A DNA stretch of 64,000 nt, from positions 1 through 64,000 of the forward strand of contig JAAILG010001525.1 in assembly GCA_012026655.1 (NCBI GenBank), read 5' to 3'. The translations under genes were made by a program, and so were the position numbers. The notes beneath the pieces were generated by a model that had not been told where the DNA came from, made no database searches, and saw only the letters and a list, made by a program, of their open reading frames with translations. This DNA is from Hydrolagus affinis (taxonomy: Eukaryota). Positions 11,404 to 24,600 of this stretch are shown piece by piece (the first letter of the stretch is position 1; each line of letters begins with the position of its first letter).

Positions 11404-12627
11404 TTTTCTATCGTTTAAATGATCATCCCTGTCCTTTATTCCCAGCAATGAGTTATGTTACAAGTAGAATACAGCCAAAGCATTTGTCAATACTAAACTG
11501 TATTCCATGGGACTTGTATATACAATACAAAACACTAATCACGTATTTAACGATATAGCAAGATCCCCTTGTTACACATAACCTAAAGTATGTCAGGTAC
11601 ATCATTTAAACACTAGCATTGTATAACGGGTCCTCGCTGTAATCAATTTAAACTTCTTAACGTAAAAATAATGGTAATCCTTGTGTATGAGGTACAGTAA
11701 GCAGGGCATGTTGGAAGGATGTCTCAAAGTCTCACCAGATTCACTGTAAAGTGTGCTGACTATGTGTTTTGTGGGTGAAAGTAATGAATAACATTTGAAG
11801 TTTTTATCGTGTATATGGCTTAAGCACTTAAGAGTTTATAGCTTAGATCACAGATCATTATACAGTATTACATTGCGCCCTTATTGTCAACCGTTACGGA
11901 ATTGGATCTGTGCATTGCCTGTCAATAAGTGGTGCCGAGTGTGTGATGGGATATGGCAAAATCAGTTGGGTTGGAGAAGGCCCTTCGGTTTACCTTTTTT
12001 AATCTCTCCACCTCTGCCCCACTCTCTCCCCCTTTTCAAGTCCCCCCTCCTTCCCCTGGGCTTTCCTGCTCTCCTTCCCCCTGCCCCTCCCCCTCCCCTT
12101 GACATCTTTTCCCCCCTCCATTTCCCTTAATCCCACTTCCATGACTGTTTGTGGGACACTGTGGCTGCCGCGTTTCACTCACAAATATACAGTCAATTTT
12201 CCTACTCTTCTTCGTCCTGCCCCGACCCCTCCCCCCTTGCTCTTGTCACTACCTGACTGTACAGCGCCTTGGGACGTCCTCTCGACGTGAAAGGCGCTAT
12301 ATAAATTGATGCTGCGTCACCCAGATGGGACTCATTAAATAATGTAACCTTTGAATGAAATCCTCTTTAAGCGAGACGTGAACGTGCAAGAATCGTGAGA
12401 ATATTCCATGCATTTTCATGTCGGGAAAATGTCTCAAAGTGCTTCACAGGATTTTACTGTAAAGTGTGCTCGAGTCCGAGAGTCAAGTGCTCTGAGATGC
12501 TACCTGGCATGGAGGGCACATTGCTGTTGTTGCAATAATAGTCCTTGGTTTTGATATAGTGCATTATCATGTCATTGAGACGTCTCAAAGTGTGGAACTT
12601 TGAGACGTCTCAAATTACTTGACAACT

Positions 12628-12907
12628 ATAATAATCCCTGCATTTGATATAGTGCTTTTCACATCTAGACATCTCAAAGCGTTCACAGAATATACTGATA
12701 ATTGACTGTAGATTTGTGGGCAAAACCACAACAGTGTCCCACAAACACTAGTGGATTGAATTGGTCAATTTTATTATTGGGTGTTTTTCTTAATGGATTA
12801 TTATCAGGCGTGTGGAGGAAGGAAACTTGCCCAAGATTTCTCCCTGCTGGGAATCAAACCCAAGTCTCTCAATTGCAATGCGAGTGCTCTAACCACTACA
12901 GGATTCC
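12628..12907 (-). mobile_element. tRNA-derived SINE, near full length
   Basis: Same family as 6894-7210 in reverse: AATAATCCCTGCATTTGATATAG ... GGAAACTTGCCCAAG ... CGAGTGCTCTAACCACTACAGGATTCC. Confidence 0.8.
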
Positions 12908-13561
12908 TACAGGGCAACTGTACTTTGCGGGTGAATGCGACAACAGATTTGCACGCAGTGACGTCTCAAAAGCAACCGTGAAATAGGATATCATAGCAAC
13001 AACAGCAGCAACAAAATCACGTTTGTAGAGCACCTTTCACATCGGGTGGACGTCCCAAGAGCAAGGGATGGTGTGGCGTGGCGAAGAGATTGTGGGGTGG
13101 AGCTCCAAAGGTCGGGCGCAGTTGAAGGCTTGGCCTCCGATTGTGGTTTGGACGAGACAGGCGTCACGCGGTGGCGTGAGATAACCAAACGGAGTGGAGA
13201 GGTCGAGCAGAAGAGTCTAACGTCAGAGAGAGAATAGTGCTAGGGAGTGAAGTGATTTATAAGTGAGAGCGAGGACCTTGAAGTCAAACCTTTTTACAAG
13301 CTTCAGAATTATGCCGTCCGCTTGTAGACGATGCTTTCCTTGAGTTCGGGTGGTTCTGAAGTTGTGGCCCACACAGCTTCAATTGATGAATAATTATCAC
13401 ATTCAACTCATCCATATTATTTGACTCTTTCATGTCAAGAGAGCGATAATTATTTGATAAATATTAATAAGCACCTTCAAATAATTTCTAACAAAAAATC
13501 TATTAGGTTGAAACAAACGCAATGAATACCTGATTAGCTTCTCACTTCTGTTTTTTTTTGC

Positions 13562-13567
13562 TTTATT
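13562..13567 (-). terminator. Candidate distal polyadenylation signal for EPHA10
   Basis: Minus-strand AATAAA preceded by AT-rich, TGTA-containing UTR-like sequence and followed by GT-rich TGCGTTTGTTTC. It is one of several candidates. Confidence 0.3.
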
Positions 13568-14641
13568 AAATAGTCAAAACAATTTCCAGCTTTGACGCAC
13601 AATTAATAAATACAAAATAAATGTCAAAATAAGTTCCCTTTTTGTGGTCCGGAAACACTTTTGAGCCATTTCTAACCATCACGGGGACCTAAATGTGATA
13701 GTGAAATACATACATTGTAGTCAAAGATGTTGTCTGTACACTCGTTCAAAGTAAATTAAAAATATATAATTCAGAAAGATTACAGTAAGAGCACTCAGTA
13801 ACACCAGATTCCAATATAAACTGGACTGCTTTGAAGCGCTGACTCTTCTTCTTATTTCACCTGCCAGTCAGTCAATTAGTGTTGGCAGCAGAATACAGAC
13901 ATTTTGTTCAATAAATTAAGGTGAGGATTGAGCAATAAATACAATTCCTTATTAAACATTAAAAATAATTCTGATAGTCATGAAAATATTAATCCTTGCA
14001 TTTGATACAACGCCTTGAAGCGCTCTGAGACTCCGTCCGGCGTGGAGGGCGCTATATCAATCCTTGTTGTTGTTATTTAGGGTACTGTTGTGGTCTGACA
14101 TTCCCCTGATGCAAAAAGAGCTGTGTATAAATGTAAATTGTATTGTTCCGGTTACGTAGCAGGTTTTAAAGTGCTTCACGGGGTTTTACTAAATGTGTAA
14201 GGCCTGTGTATTTGTAAATAAGTTATCACCTGCCCTGCCCTGTCCAATCCGTGTGGGTTTTTTTTGCACACACATTACAGTTGTAAGACTTGATAGTAAA
14301 ATCCGGTGAAGCCCTTTGCGATGACCACCTGACGTGAAAGATGCTGTATGAAGCGCAAAGGATTAGCATTATGTATCGTCATCGCTGTAACAAAAGGCAT
14401 CTCCCATTCGCACCCGTCCCCTCTCAGGCTCGCGCACGAATTCTCAAACGCAAGCCTCAGCTGATGTACGTGTGATATCTGTATTAAGGGTAAAAACCCT
14501 TTTGTACAGAAGATGCTGGTTGTGGCAGAATCCACAACGGCGTTTAAAAAGTGGAATTAGTCACATATTTCAAAAGGCAAAATATAAACGTTTTCAGGGT
14601 TGGGGGAAAAAGCCGGGGAGGGGGCCTAAATGTTGTTAGGT

Positions 14642-14766
14642 TGTTTCAGGATAGGGACATCTCCGTTCTATAACATTGAATACTAGCAAACAGCAGCATT
14701 GTAAGTCAATTTTGCCTCCTGTTCGCTCTCAGATAAAATGAACTGAACCGTCCCTATCCTGAAACA
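14642..14766. repeat. Perfect 17-bp inverted repeat with 91-bp spacer
   Basis: TGTTTCAGGATAGGGAC (14642-14658) and GTCCCTATCCTGAAACA (14750-14766) are exact reverse complements. Confidence 0.85.
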
Positions 14767-16298
14767 GTACCATACAAAATTACATGTGTATAGTGTCTTT
14801 CATGTCGGGAGGACGCCCCAAGGCGCTGGAAATGCCCACAATAAATTGTTACGAGATTCATAGTTACTCAATAGTATCACTCACACCATCGCCGTTAACA
14901 GTGCGGAGGAAGGCTTTCTGTATTGATCGGGATAAGAGTTGTGGTGTGGGCAGTCTCTCCACTGTTAGCAGGTGCACAGTATCCACTTCACACACAAGCT
15001 CAGGGCAAGTGCAAACATGTTCAAATAAAATTGTTTGTTCACTCCGTGGCTGTTTGTAGGACGCTGCCATTTGCAGCAGTGTCTGGCGCCTTCGGACGCT
15101 CTCCCAACGTGAAAGGCTCTGTACAAATGTAATTCGTTGCTACTGTTTCGTGTCAGGTTTGTGGATTGGACAAATCTTTCAGAGCCGGCACGGGCACCAT
15201 GGGCCTGAATGGCCTCCGTGTTTGCTGTAGGTTTCTACGGCTCTCTGTTCCGTAACCTTCCCGCAAAATTAAAGACAGTACTAATGAAGGACTCAAGGCA
15301 TTTGACCCTCAGTAGCCCCTGGGAAGACGTTGGCTCGTGACTGATCCTTGTGCTATCAGAGCCCGTTGACAAACGCTAAATCTTAAGCCGTTTCCCATCA
15401 GTGGTTTTATCACTCGGCAGACAAGCCATGTTGAACAGTCGAGGATTAGATGTCAGACGGGGTCACGGGATTAGACTCCGAGTGACGCAAAAACAGCAGC
15501 TCGCCTGGGAAATATTTCAATCTGACAAGGCTAGCTGCGAATATTGCAGAGTTTGTGTTGCATTTGATGCCCTGTTTGATAGCCCATTTATTTTTAATAT
15601 CGCAATTCATTAAACTCGGCGGTACGTGCGAGTGTGGGGAAGGAGAGGGGTCACTGTGGGTCGTATCGTCTGAAGGACAGAATGGTTTTGTCTGCTCAAG
15701 TCACCGACTCTAAAAGAATTCAAGGGGAGGTGGTCCCGGATTTCATCTGTTCACTGACACCTCAGCAAACATCAAGAGATGGAGACTGAAGTCAGCTATC
15801 ATGGAAACCTGGCAGCCATTATATTTGATTGCCTACAAGCACAGAATCACAGTCACTCCACTTTATAGTAGAAGCACTTTTACACAACTGCCCCAGACTC
15901 TGTATCAAATGCCAGCATTATTATTATTATAAGAATGATACAGATTGTATTTCATCTGGTGTCCGTAGCATGAAAACACCGCAAAGTGCTTCACAGGAAA
16001 TTGCCGTCAAATGTTTTGACCGTGTATTTGTAACCAGTTTATTTGTGCACAGTAAGGCCTCACATTCAGGCTTGAAGTGAATGAGTGACATATCCGGGAG
16101 ATCGCTTACCAGGACACTGTGAGACATGTCCTTTCAACGGTTCATTGATCAGATATTGGACCTTGGTTTAATGTCATATCAGAAGACATCAACTCTGACA
16201 ATGCATGACCCCACCCCGGTCTGCACTGGAGCATCAGCCTAGACTGAAATTAGCTAAAATGCTGCTTTTCTTACTTTTATTTCCAATCTGTTTCCCTT

Positions 16299-16329
<31 letters not shown>

Positions 16330-16569
16330 GCGTGCCCCAAATTTCCACCCTGTCTTAGCTGGGCAACCAATTTGCCTTAAAATCTAAGCTGTCTCTTCAA
16401 AAATGTAAGTCACTAAAATTCCACAGCTTGCGAAAACAAGGAATGACCTCTGGATTTAAGGCTGTGAATTTTAAAATGTCCAACAATTCTGCACAGAATT
16501 TTCAAGACAAAATAGACTCCTGGACTTAAACCGGAAAATTACATTGTTTGCATTCAATGCCACTCCTAT

Positions 16570-16840
16570 AATAATAATCCTCGCATTTGCTATAGCTCTT
16601 TTCATGCCTTCTAGACGTCTCAAAGCACTTGATAGAATATACTATGAAGTGAATTGACTGTATATTTGTGGGCAAAAATGCGGCAGCCAATTGAGCACAG
16701 CAGTGTCCCACAAACAGTCAAGGATTGAAGTGATCAATTTATTATTATTTATTTTTCTTGAGGCCTTATCCTCGGACCTATGGAATAAGGAAACTTGCCC
16801 AAGGTTTTGTCCTGCTGGGAATCGAATCCATGTCTCGCAC
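16570..16840 (-). mobile_element. tRNA-derived SINE, head truncated
   Basis: Family tail, core and GGAAACTTGCCCAAGGTTTTG...GAATCGAATCC. Confidence 0.8.
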
Positions 16841-19766
16841 TTCTCCATGTGTGCCTGCAGAAACTTATTGCAGCCTCTACAGAGAGGAAGCAATTCTACC
16901 AGGGTCTAGATTCATTCCCTCCTTCATTGAAGGCATATTCTCAAAATGTACCCCTTCGACCAACCTTTGAGTGATCTTTCCCCTTCTCCACTCGCTTACA
17001 ACAAAATAATAATAATCTTTGCATTTGAAGGAGCATCTTATCATGCCTTGGGGACGTCTGAAAGCACTTCACGGAATATACTATAAGTGAATTGACTGTG
17101 TGTTTTGTGGGATGACATCCTCCTGATGTAAAAGGAGTCAATATAAAATTGAATCATATTGTTCTCTGTTTATGTTGTACTTCCGAGCATCCAGAATTGG
17201 ACAAATTGTTGAATTCTGTCTTACCGTTCTGGGTTTCTGTAATTTCTTGAAAGACATTTACAGGACACAGGCTTCAAAATTAAGACCTGGTTAAGAATTT
17301 GACACATAGTCAACCTCGATAAAATTTCTCTCCCCGAATGTCTGTATTTCGTGTTGCCAACGCTCACCTGCTATTTACCTGATGAAGGCATCACTGATGT
17401 CTCAGCATGTTTGCTGGCCAGTGTATCTCCGTTTCACACGTTGCCAGTGCCTATGTGTGTCAGCCACCCCTGGCTATTATATTGAGAGTGCATCACTGAA
17501 ATTGAATTGTTACTTCATCTGCCCAGACAAATTAGAAAAATATATTGCATTTTTAAATATATCTGAAATCGCTCCACGTAAAAGGCAATGAATATCAAAA
17601 AAAACAAGTGAAACTGAACCAACCTGATCCACAAATTATTTACATTTACAAAGGCTGCACAGCACAGAAATAGGCCACGTGAGCCTCTATCCATTCCTTC
17701 CCACACCAGGAATTTCCATTGGAAGCAGAATTGGGAATACAGGGACAGGAAAATTTCCCACGAACCTCTATCAGATTACATCAGATCTTTTATTCCCTGT
17801 TGCCCTGGTGAAATATTGCCAACATGTTGGTTTGATAAGGAATGGCCTCCAATGTAAAGTAATAATAATAATAATCCTTGCATTGATAAACCGTCTTAGC
17901 AAGTCTTCGAGACGTCTCCAAGCGCTTCACAGGATACACTGTAAAGTGCAGTAGGACTATGTAATTTGAGGTCAAAATCCCGCAAAAATAGGTCCCAATT
18001 CTACTGCCTCAGTTCCCGTTTCTCCCACGTTCATCGCATGTTGTGAGTGACGGAGGTACAAAAACAATGGGCCACAAACCCCGTCCTCATGACAAATCAA
18101 ATTGGTTCAGTTTTTCCAAAGAAAATGAAAGGGTTTCACTGGAACTCTTTTTTTTTTTAGCACATATTAAACAAACAATTCCCCACTAGAAAAACACACT
18201 ATTTTCTTTCTTTCACTCATGTAACTCCTGAGTTTGTCCATCCCACGCGCTGTGCTAAATTCAAATGGGAGTAACTTCACAGCGTTTCTTGAAGGATTTC
18301 TTCAATTCGGAATTCCGCAGCTCCGATTCCCGGGAACACTGCTCCGAGTCGATCTATTGTTGGATCAGGAGTGAGGTGCGTGTTTTGATGCATTGCCAGT
18401 TAGCAAGAATTCCTTCCCCCACTCCTCCTCCTCCCCCAATTTGGATTTCTTAATGAAGAAATACTGCAAATTTGATCCCGCAGAAAGCGAGCTGGAAGGT
18501 GTAAAGAGGGCTGGTGAAAGATCCAGATGAGCCAGAGTGGTACAAACAGGTCAACTTTCCTCTCGTAGTGAAATCTGACTCCGAAAGTATTCAAAAATGA
18601 CAAGTTTGAGTCGTACCTAAACTCTTTAAATCAACAAAAAAGTCAGTGATTTCCAATGCTTCGGTTCCACCAGGATCTAAGTTTTACTTTATTCATGCGG
18701 CAATTTTCTGTGTGCAGAATTTGTCAACTTTTCATTTTGTAGCCAGTTTTCCATGGACGTTTGTTTTGAGAGCCACAGAAACCGGATCTTCGAAGTTAAA
18801 GCTGATTTCTACATCTTGCCAAGTTCTGGGAGCTGCGAAATGGTACATCAACTGAGTAAATCTCAACCCTAGGACTTCATCGCAAAGAAAACAGTTTGCT
18901 TTTCGTGCTCTACGAAACCCCCATCATAAAACCTCTTGTATTTACAACTCAAGGAAAACAGTTCGGGAACATTGGTGGTAGGTGGAGGGGGTGGGGGTGG
19001 GAACCCGCTTTCAATTCAACGATTGTGGCTGTCTGGAATAAAAACAGCTATACCATTCCAATCACAACCAATGGTAAGTTGCTGTAGATAACAGAGGCAA
19101 CTGGCAATTGCGGAAGGTAATCAGAGATGGTTTCCTCTAACACACATTGTATATACCTCCAGACATATTTAACAGCAGAATCATTCTTGGTTTGCTAACT
19201 CCCCCTCTCGCCCTTCCCCATTCAACTTTAATCTATTTTCTCCTGGTCATACAGGAGCTATCTTGTATGCCACAGTGTCTGCCACTTGGGACCTTCTGAG
19301 GCAAGCAAGTGGTCAGGGCATTAAGCCTTCAGTCATTTTGAGAGCACAAGCAGAACCTCTCTTCCCAATGGAAAGAGAATGGGAAGCATGAGAAAACTGG
19401 AAATCAGATGGTCATTGGACCATTAGACTTGTTCGTACAGAATCCATGGATTAACCAAATCTCTGTACCTCTCTCCTTTGTCTTGAAGATTCCTCTGCTC
19501 TCTTCGTACACCACGTGGCAACCCAGAACAGTTACACTCTATAGTACCTCAAACTCCTTTACAATGTCACTGTACAGTGTGTTTAATGTCGGGAGGACAC
19601 TGTTGTTATTCTTGTCGTCTCAGCTTTGAAACCTGAAGGGACGTCCTCCCGTTGTGAAAGGCTCTCTATAAATGTAATTTTGTTGTTGTTGTTGAAAGCA
19701 AAACTAAGAAGTGGGTGGGGGTGGGGGGGTGGAGAGATGACCACAAACACTGTCTAAGAGGTAAAT

Positions 19767-20002
19767 GTAATAATCCTTGCATTTGATAACGTGCTCTTCT
19801 AGATGGTATATTTGTGGGAGAAACACCAGCCAATTACACACAGCAGTCGTGGATTGAAATGACCAATTTATTATTTTTTTGAGGGATTATTATCGGGCGT
19901 TTAGGTTACAGAAACTTGCCCAACGTTTGGCCCCCTGCAGGAATCGAACCCAGGTCTCTCACTTACGAGGTGAATGCTCTAACCACTGAGCTGCAGGGCT
20001 CC
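19767..20002 (-). mobile_element. tRNA-derived SINE with internal deletions, in the putative EPHA10 3' UTR
   Basis: Head GGAATCGAACCCAGGTCTCTCACTTACGAGGTGAATGCTCTAACCACTGAGCTGCAGGGCTCC plus family core and tail. Confidence 0.8.
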
Positions 20003-21229
20003 ACGGGTAAGTCTTAAAGTGACCCTTGAAAGTGGGAAGGAAGGGAGAATGAGTCAGAGGTTTCAAATTTTGCAACATCTATTGATTTAGGTCTCTTGTA
20101 AAGGTATCAATTGACTCAGAATTAACTTGGTTTCCGAGAGCCTGCTTCACGTACCCAAATGGGAAAAAATAAGTCTTGCTCAAAGATTCGTGAATTTTGC
20201 ATTTGTGTCCTTCCGCCCTATGGTCCCAGTTCAAGTTAAACAACTTGTATTGTATCTCCTGTCTGTCCTGTCCAGAAAACAAGAATTCCCATTGACTAAC
20301 TCTTCCTAGTAAGACCTCAATATGTTTTCACTATTTTCCTGTAAACCCCTGTCTATGTTCTTGGCTGAGGTAAAGTCCACACCACGCACTACAACTGAAC
20401 TTGCCGATGATCTATGCAATGTCATAGGGAGAAAATGATCCTCAAGACTGGTTTCCTCCTGTCCCCTTCTCGCCTGAAGACAATGGATTTTTTTTCTTCT
20501 TAGTTCGGTGAGCTTCCATTTGCCTTTCCCCTTCACTGACGTCTTGCAAGCTTAGTGCTGCTTATTGCAGAGTGCCCGGGCCTCATTCCTGGGAAAACCA
20601 CAGCCCATTTCCCGTCAAAGGAACTCTGAATATCTTGCCGACTTTGTCCCATGAGAATCTGTTTTGAAGTTGAGTTAAATCCTCTGATTCCCCAGTGAAC
20701 CTCCAGCTGCAAGCAAGGCAGCAAATGCTCAACCACTTGAAGCCAGAGAGTATTCCCAGTTCCTTGTCACCTGACCCGATGGAGTGAAAACTGGATCAAA
20801 TGAGAAGATGCAGCTGGGGATCATACTGTCTGAACCTTCTTCCTGCTTGGTAAGGTATCAACTGGCTTGCCTTCAGGCTTTAAATGTAGTTGCTCGAGTT
20901 ATATGACTGAAGATTTCCCCCACATCCCTCACAGATAATCTTACAAACAATAAAATCCACACATCCGGAGAGCGGCAACACACGGAGGAATGCTTGAGTC
21001 AACGCTGCCGTCTTTAGCTCACACAGTCAAGGAGAGGAGTCCACCCAATGCTCTCCATTGCCAAAGTGAGACACAATCACTAAATCGCAACAGTATAAGA
21101 AAGTGGGACAGAGAGGATGGGAGACAGAGGAACTTTGAGCTCATCGTCTTCCTGCTTCAGTCACGTCACGCGAATGCTTTGTGTCCATTGCTCTGAGCAG
21201 CTCCAAAGACGTCCGTCCCTCAATCGTAC

Positions 21230-21257
21230 GCATGTGTGTGTGTGTGTTTGTGCATGC

Positions 21258-21294
<37 letters not shown>

Positions 21295-21497
21295 CGTGTT
21301 CATCCTGGCAGTCTTCCTGGCACGCTTCCCCTATCCTCAGTGCTCAGACTCCACTGTGTAAATGATCGCTTTCAATAGCACCTTGCCTCTGCGTCTTCTT
21401 CGTGTATATTTGCGTGTTTGTGCTTATGTGTGTGCGCGTGTGTGAATGCATGTGCAAGTGTGTGTGTGTGTGTGTGTGCACGTGTGTGTGTGTGTGT
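21230..21497. repeat. Two imperfect (TG)n/(CA)n microsatellite blocks just 3' of the EPHA10 stop
   Basis: TG runs at ~21232-21298 and ~21412-21497. Confidence 0.9.
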
Positions 21498-21541
21498 TCG
21501 AGCGAATCTTTTTCCAGTTCTCAGAATACGTTCAGCGGGCG

Positions 21542-21656
21542 TCAAACTTGAACCCCTCGTCCGTGCATCTGTATAACCTGCGCCCGTAAAGTCTGAACGC
21601 TGCTCAGGATCTGTTTCTGGTGTTCCACGCATGTAATTCCCAGACTCATTACATCC
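21542..21656 (-). CDS. EPHA10: EPHA10 last coding exon (SAM C-terminus and PDZ-binding motif)
   Basis: ctcgcag|G GAT GTA... gives (Q)[37 protein letters not shown], with TGA at 21544-21542. Confidence 0.93.
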
Positions 21657-24600
21657 CTGCGAGAGGAAATCAAACGGAATTTAGCTCTGACGGCTCCCTA
21701 CCATTCCTTCCCATTAACGCCGGTACCAGCAGGCTCGGCCCTGATTGGATCAAAAGGCAAACTAAGTAAAATGATCATCGTGACATGATCAGTTTGTACA
21801 GATTCCCACTTCGACTGGCATCTCATCCATTAAATTACCTGCCATGGGGCTTTATTGAAATCTCTTACAAATGACCAGAATTGAAAGGAGCGGAGTGGAG
21901 CTGAATCTGATCTGCGGCTAGAAAGCCTTTGGTTAAACGGTTCTCGCTGAGCTGACGGGTTTGATGGAGATGGATGTGGCAACCAACCGTGTCGTGGAAT
22001 GGACAGGGAAAAGGTTTGGGGGTTGGGGGATGTGAATTGGGGACGGGGAGAGCAGGCTTGCAACACCTGCACCCTGGGACGCTGCCCCTGTGTGAGGGGC
22101 GCTGTATGAACACAAGTTGTTGTTGTTATCTGTTTACCTCCATTTACTGACCAGGAAGTAGGAACCTGGTTGTTAGTTCGTTGGCAGATCACATAAGTGG
22201 TGCTAGTAATCCCTCCCCACCCTCTCCAAAGTGTGGTCAATCAACCCACGACTGTTTGAGGGACACTTGCTATCACAATTGGCTGCCATGTTCTGCCCAC
22301 AAAATATACAGTCAATTCACTTTACAGTACTGTATATTCTGTGAAGCGCTTGGAGACATCTCCACAACATGATGAGATACTATATGTAATGCAAGGATTA
22401 TTATTATTATTATCATATCTCTCAGGGACATAAAATCACCTCATCACCCTGGAGATCCTCTAATGCATTTCTGCGTTACACATCACAGATGTCTCATGCC
22501 ATTTCTACCGGTACCGAAAAACTATTTTAAACAGGAACGCCAATAAGCCTTGAAACGTCTCAAAGCATTTTGCTGTAACAACAGTCTGGTGTTTGTTTTT
22601 AAAAGGCAACTGCAGTGTCCCGTTTACTCCTAGTAGAGTCCCACAAACAGCCTTGAGGTGAATGATGTAAGTTATCTGGGGAATTGTTGGCCAAGGGCTC
22701 CAGGTAACACTCCCTTCTCTAATAGCATTCGTGGAATCTTTAAATCCACCTGAAAAGGCAACGGAACTCCGGTTTAGGGTGTCAAAGAATGACACTTCCA
22801 GTAATGAAACGCTCCCAACTGCACAGTACTGCACTGGAATATCAGCCCAGACTGGGAGTTCAAAAACCTGACGTGTGACCACAAACCTCAGCACCAGAGG
22901 CCCTTGTTCAGCTGACAAGACGAGCAGCTGCGAGAACCTTCAAACCACAAGGCGAGATGTGACGGCAGGTAACCTAGGGGGTTCTGGTGATCACTGATCA
23001 CAACGGGGATTCGGAGCCCCTAATATTCTGTCTCTGCAGACTGACAGACACTTACTGCACAGTCATTCTGGCCACAGACTCCAGGTAACAGTAGCCGGCA
23101 GCTGTGAAGTTGTCCTTGTATCTGCCCATGTCGATGGCATCCAGCCACTCGCCCACCGAGTCAAAGGAAGGGAAAGCCGGGAAGCTCTGGTCCAGGAGAG
23201 GGATGTGCAGGTTCTGTGACCTGCTGATAATACAGCACAAGGCATCACTGTGGTTTGCATAAAATCACAAGAGAAGTCCCCTCCTGATCCCAACCACCAG
23301 CTCGGGTGCAGATCCCTGACTGTCCAGCGTCTTGGGAGGTCCTGATCTGAAAGGGCTATACAAATGCAATGTGTTGTTTGGATAAAGAAGGCCCTACAGG
23401 CTCATTTTATCTCATCCCACAACAACAAAATTACATTTGCATTGCACCTTTCACGTCAGTAGGATGTCCAAAACACCCACTTCACCATCCTCTCAAAGAT
23501 TGTGAGCAAGCAAAGATAACCAAGGGTTAGATACAGAGTAAAGCTCCAACTACACTGTCCATTCAGATTCCCAGTTGAGCGACAACATGAGTTGGATTGA
23601 GCGTAAATCTCCCTCTACACTGTCAGTATAAATCTTTTCACTTCTCACACCTCTCATCCTTCAGCAATGAGATTGCCAATCCACTCTCCCATTGGCAGTC
23701 GCGCTCTCTCTGTATCTGCACCAAGTAACCAATTGAGAATATTGAAATTGCTCTCACAGAAAACAGATACAGGAGAGATCTTCATCCTGGCCTGGATTGA
23801 AGCCCACATCCCAAAGGCAAGTGTTCAAGGTTCCAACTGATTGTACCCACCAGTGAACTACTCCAATGGTTGTTATTCATTAAAGATTCTCAATGGCATT
23901 GCTCTGTGCAAAAACACTCCCCATCACTGTAATCCTCAGCCACCCGCTTGCTCTGCCAGCGATGGCACCAGTCAATGCAATGTGACCAGAGAATCCTTTG
24001 TGGAACATGAGTTAACAAATAACAAATCAGGAACGTACAAACCCATAAAAATGTACCGTCAATTCACTTTACAGTATATTCTGCGATGTCTCAACGATGT
24101 GATAAGGTGCTTTATCAAATGCAAGGATTATTATTATTATATTACAGTATAATAATAAAAATGCCAGGCTAGCCTCTAAATAAACAAGCCAGATGGCTGA
24201 TGATTAATCAAAGACAATGGGATTTTAACAGTGAAAATTGCAGCCCGGCTGCTGTGTTTCTTTTATTGCTAATAAATGAAATGCCATAAAAGTGAATTAA
24301 CTCATTGACTCCCCCCTCTCACCATTTCGCACCTCTGCGATGGGTCTGAGGTCCAAATTCCATTCCCTTCTCTCTCTCAGCTCCACCACCACCCCCCCTC
24401 CCCCACCATCAACTCAGGCCAGTTTCATGTCTATTACCCCACCAAACCCCCATCAGCAGGTGGGCTTTCAGTCACTCTATCCCTATTCTCTGAAGCCTTC
24501 CTTAACCTTCTTCACCTCACTCTCTCCCTTGCTGTTTGTAAACCCATCTAGAAACCCCATGCCAGGTGTCTGACAAACCATGCTTAGGAGTACGTAAACC

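Noticed and set aside
20306-20736. Adjacent minus-strand ORFs downstream of the EPHA10 stop
   Set aside because: They are short, lack motifs and codon bias, and have no convincing splice sites. Most likely 3' UTR.
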